DNA from: Nemertoderma westbladi
Taxonomy: Eukaryota; Animalia; Xenacoelomorpha
DNA: 42,757 nucleotides
Reading direction: 5' to 3'
Assembly (NCBI GenBank): GCA_032718475.1
Contig: JAUCBJ010001615.1
Coordinates: 1 to 42,757 of the forward strand
Under the pieces are notes generated by a model that did no database searches, was not told the DNA's origin, and saw nothing but the letters and a program-made list of their open reading frames with translations. Both the position numbers and the translations under genes were made by a program. Positions 38,901-42,757 of this stretch are shown one piece after another; the first letter of the stretch is position 1; every line of letters begins with the position of its first letter.

Positions 38901-40889
38901 TTTGACTTCCTCAAGTGGTTCCTCCCTACCTGTATAGATATACTAGTACACTTTTCTTTGAAGGCCTCCAGTGGTTCCTCCCTACCTGTATAGATATACT
39001 AGTACACTTTTCTTTGACTCCTCAAGTGGTTCCTCCCTACCTGTATAGATATACTAGTACACTTTTCTTTGAAGGCCTCCAGTGGTTCCTCCCTACCTGT
39101 ATAGATATACTAGTACACTTTTCTTTGAAGGCCTCCAGTGGTTCCTCCCTACCTGTATAGATATACTAGTACACTTTTCTTTGAAGGCCTCCAGTGGTTC
39201 CTCCCTACCTGTATAGATATACTAGTACACTTTTCTTTGAAGGCCTCCAGTGGTTCCTCCCTACCTGTATAGATATACTAGTACACTTTTCTTTGAAGGC
39301 CTCCAGTGGTTCCTCCCTACCTGTATAGATATACTAGTACACTTTTCTTTGAACTCCTCCAGTGGTTCCTCCCTACCTGTATAGATATACTAGTACACTT
39401 TTCTTTGACCTCCTCCAGTGGTTCCTCCCTACCTGTATAGATATACTAGTACACTTTTCTTTGAACTCCTCCAGTGGTTCCTCCCTACCTGTATAGATAT
39501 ACTAGTACACTTTTCTTTGACGTCCTCCAGTGGTTCCTCCCTACCTGTATAGATATACTAGTACACTTTTCTTTGAAGGCCTCCAGTGGTTCCTCCCTAC
39601 CTGTATAGATATACTAGTACACTTTTCTTTGAAGGCCTCCAGTGGTTCCTCCCTACCTGTATAGATATACTAGTACACTTTTCTTTGAAGGCCTCCAGTG
39701 GTTCCTCCCTACCTGTATAGATATACTAGTACACTTTTCTTTGAAGGCCTCCAGTGGTTCCTCCCTACCTGTATAGATATACTAGTACACTTTTCTTTGA
39801 AGGCCTCCAGTGGTTCCTCCCTACCTGTATAGATATACTAGTACACTTTTCTTTGAAGGCCTCCAGTGGTTCCTCCCTACCTGTATAGATATACTAGTAC
39901 ACTTTTCTTTGAAGGCCTCCAGTGGTTCCTCCCTACCTGTATAGATATACTAGTACACTTTTCTTTGAAGGCCTCCAGTGGTTCCTCCCTACCTGTATAG
40001 ATATACTAGTACACTTTTCTTTGAAGGCCTCCAGTGGTTCCTCCCTACCTGTATAGATATACTAGTACACTTTTCTTTGAAGGCCTCCAGTGGTTCCTCC
40101 CTACCTGTATAGATATACTAGTACACTTTTCTTTGAAGGCCTCCAGTGGTTCCTCCCTACCTGTATAGATATACTAGTACACTTTTCTTTGAAGGCCTCC
40201 AGTGGTTCCTCCCTACCTGTATAGATATACTAGTACACTTTTCTTTGAAGGCCTCCAGTGGTTCCTCCCTACCTGTATAGATATACTAGTACACTTTTCT
40301 TTGAAGGCCTCCAGTGGTTCCTCCCTACCTGTATAGATATACTAGTACACTTTTCTTTGAAGGCCTCCAGTGGTTCCTCCCTACCTGTATAGATATACTA
40401 GTACACTTTTCTTTGAACTCCTCCAGTGGTTCCTCCCTACCTGTATAGATATACTAGTACACTTTTCTTTGAAGGCCTCCAGTGGTTCCTCCCTACCTGT
40501 ATAGATATACTAGTACACTTTTCTTTGAAGGCCTCCAGTGGTTCCTCCCTACCTGTATAGATATACTAGTACACTTTTCTTTGAAGGCCTCCAGTGGTTC
40601 CTCCCTACCTGTATAGATATACTAGTACACTTTTCTTTGAAGGCCTCCAGTGGTTCCTCCCTACCTGTATAGATATACTAGTACACTTTTCTTTGAAGGC
40701 CTCCAGTGGTTCCTCCCTACCTGTATAGATATACTAGTACACTTTTCTTTGAAGGCCTCCAGTGGTTCCTCCCTACCTGTATAGATATACTAGTACACTT
40801 TTCTTTGAAGGCCTCCAGTGGTTCCTCCCTACCTGTATAGATATACTAGTACACTTTTCTTTGAAGGCCTCCAGTGGTTCCTCCATGCC
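17985..40889 (-). repeat. 56-bp satellite, ~400 copies (~22.9 kb); minus-strand unit GTAGG + GAGGAACCACTGGAGGCCTTCAAAGAAAAGTGTACTAGTATATCTATACAG
   Basis: Period 56 with 52/54/57/60-bp indel variants; the terminal copy is the coding end of DRC3 exon 40833-41012. Confidence 0.99.
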
Positions 40890-41012
40890 TGGTAACTGGT
40901 TGAATTTCCTCCCATCTGCATCCTCGCTATACAGCTCGTCATAAACATACGATCCGTTTAGTTTTTCAACGTAAGCTTCGATGTAAAGCTCCTGTTGTTT
41001 CGTATATTCATC
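40833..41012 (-). CDS. DRC3: DRC3/LRRC48 exon (DEYTKQQELYIEAYVEKLNGSYVYDELYSEDADGRKFNQLPGMEEPLEAFKEKCTSISIQ)
   Basis: tttctag| acceptor, CAG|gtaggg donor, 180 nt, phase 0-0; A.VE.LNGS...D..Y.ED..G.....LPG motif; joins in frame to LFEYGLKQ. Confidence 0.92.
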
Positions 41013-41329
41013 CTAGAAAACAAAAAATACACAATGATAGGCCTAGTGTAAAAACGGCGTTTAAGTAGGCCTACGTTAAAAATGGAAGGGAGTTGTTATG
41101 TAGTACATTATTAAATTATATTATGACATTGTACAGTAGTATTGATTGCAGATAGGGGTTGATGGGGGGGGGGTCTATTTTCTACGTTTTACGATGTATC
41201 GCGCAACAGAATACAAGCGATACAACAACGCGATACTCATTATAACGGTTGCCGGCAGCGATGTAAATTCAATAATATCTGATCTAACCTTTACCAAATG
41301 TTACCGATCATAGCTCGGCTCCAACTAAC

Positions 41330-41483
41330 CATTTCCGCCCGGCGGCGATCCTCCGCTCTCTCATCCTCCCGAAGTTCTTCAATCGACGAACTATAAATCT
41401 TCTCTGCGGCTTCACGGGACGCCTCATCGACAAGTCGGAAATCAAAGAAAACTAGATACGGAAGATGAGCGATAGTGTAGTTC
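41330..41483 (-). CDS. DRC3: DRC3/LRRC48 exon (NYTIAHLPYLVFFDFRLVDEASREAAEKIYSSSIEELREDERAEDRRRAEM), LRR-cap region
   Basis: tttccag| acceptor phase 2, ATG|gttagt donor phase 0, 154 nt; LRRcap Y..Y.IA.LP.L...D motif. Confidence 0.88.
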
Positions 41484-41711
41484 CTGGAAATATAATATAC
41501 AAACTACAGTATAGGTACGGAGGATGTGGTGCTATAGTGTAGTTCCTGTATTCGGCCAATATCGGCCGAAGAAATATTTACTTTTTTCCATAGTGGAATT
41601 GATGTAAAAAGAAAAAAAAAAGAGTAATTTAACAGGCAATGGGGTTTGGCATAATCATACTGCAAATATCATATATTGCAACAGAAGCTGAGCAAAAATT
41701 GGTTAGGGCTA

Positions 41712-42241
41712 CCGGTAGTCCATAAACGACGTCCGAGTAAATCCCGGATTTTCGGACCCACCCCCCCCCCCCCCCCTGTCCAAGCTCGTCCGGTTTTTGC
41801 CAACACCCCACCCCAAAAAAAACTTCGAACATCCGAATATACAAACGAAGACTGGTAACATTATTATTATTTATTATAATAATATTATATTAACACTCAT
41901 CCCAAATTGCAGCCCTGGGATATTTTATAGCCGGATAAGGGCATCACGTCTTCATCTACATCTTAAGATATGCCCCTAACTAATATCTACATCCCGTCAG
42001 CAAACTGACCAAGTTATGTACTGTATTCCGGACTCTGCCTGTATGGTATTGCGAATCTGATAACCCGTTTGTTGCAGTATTAATTTATTACTATAAGATA
42101 TTATGCTAAACATAAAAAAGCAAAAAATGGACGTCCTATTTTAACTACCCCTCTCCACCTGTCCGAAGATGTCCGGATTTTGAAGACCCCCATCCCCCAC
42201 CCTCCGCTCTGACCTCGGACGTCCTTTATATGGGCGACCCC
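41712..42241. mobile_element. MITE-like element(s) with C-rich internal repeats
   Basis: Left GGTAGTCCATAAACGACGTCCG vs right CGGACGTCCTTTATATGGGCGACC (imperfect TIR); internal TGTCC..GTCCGGATTTT..ACCCC blocks at 41730-41830 and 42130-42220. Confidence 0.45.
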
Positions 42242-42382
42242 TGAAGGTGAAGATTTTATGTGTAGATAGGGTGTTAAAATTATATGCTTTGGTAAAAATA
42301 AAAACTTTGAATAAACATAACTATAGATGGAGGTGGTATTTTGGGCTATTTGCAGTTCCCAATAATTAATTTGTTAACCTAC

Positions 42383-42504
42383 CAATATTCTTGTTTTTCA
42401 CAGAATGGGTTCTCTCTCAAGTTCACTGTTTGAAGGTTTCTAAATTGTCTCAGGTATATCAATTGGTCCAATTCTTCCAATCGATTTGCTCCAACAGAGA
42501 AAAC
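42383..42504 (-). CDS. DRC3: DRC3/LRRC48 leucine-rich-repeat exon (VFSVGANRLEELDQLIYLRQFRNLQTVNLRENPFCEKQEYW); gene continues beyond the window
   Basis: ccttag| acceptor, TG|gtaggt donor phase 2 (compatible with the next exon); LRR consensus L..L.L..NP. Confidence 0.9.
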
Positions 42505-42757
42505 CTAAGGAAGTTCATATAACATTATTAGATTGAATAAATATAATTTAAACTGGGCTTTTAGAAGAAATATCAATTTTAATTTTTTCGCTATTGCTTA
42601 TATTAAGGTTGTTCATCATATAAGAACATTGATTATTTTGCTTTGATGTAAGTCGATATAACTGTAATATAAAATTATACGATTATTAAAAAGCTCTGGC
42701 AATTTTTTGTTGAGCAAGTAGGTACCATTAGAGCTAAGTCGGGAATTTAAACCTGAC

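Noticed and set aside
17985-40889. CRISPR array or repeat-spacer system
   Set aside because: Monomers are contiguous with no unique spacers, no cas genes are present, the context is a eukaryotic intron, and the unit derives from the DRC3 exon end.
18957-40944. Numerous plus-strand MVPPYLYRYTSTLFF... ORFs as a peptide gene family
   Set aside because: Translation artefacts of the 56-bp repeat (GTG starts, frames set by indels); only the terminal minus-strand monomer is coding.
42753-42757. End of the preceding DRC3 exon (CAG|GTTTAA)
   Set aside because: Only 5 nt are visible and the donor is weak; cannot be supported.

Overview
AT-rich eukaryotic (metazoan-like) genomic DNA, not prokaryotic. 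The backbone is a minus-strand spliced gene for dynein regulatory complex subunit 3 (DRC3/LRRC48). Eight phase-compatible coding exons can be read from 42504 down to the stop at 4975; the 5' exons lie outside the window. An intronless ELP3 CDS (13370-15046, +) is nested antisense in one DRC3 intron. A plus-strand exon encoding CCxGY + NIM/EGF (4125-4345) converges on the DRC3 3' end. About two thirds of the window is tandem repeat inside DRC3 introns, and the main observation is that these satellites are built from splice junctions. The ~22.9 kb 56-bp array is ~400 copies of the last 51 coding nt of the adjacent exon plus GTAGG (CAG|GTAGG). The 38-bp array repeats AG|GACACAATAAAA|GT, the exon-terminal DTIK codons flanked by acceptor- and donor-like signals. 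The 24-bp array repeats a GTAAGT-TTAAC-pyrimidine-CAG unit related to the 38-mer core. Smaller decayed duplications sit at two more donors and one acceptor. tRNA-derived SINEs and several inverted-repeat (MITE-like) elements are also present. Protein assignments come from manual translation and recalled family sequences; no database search was run.
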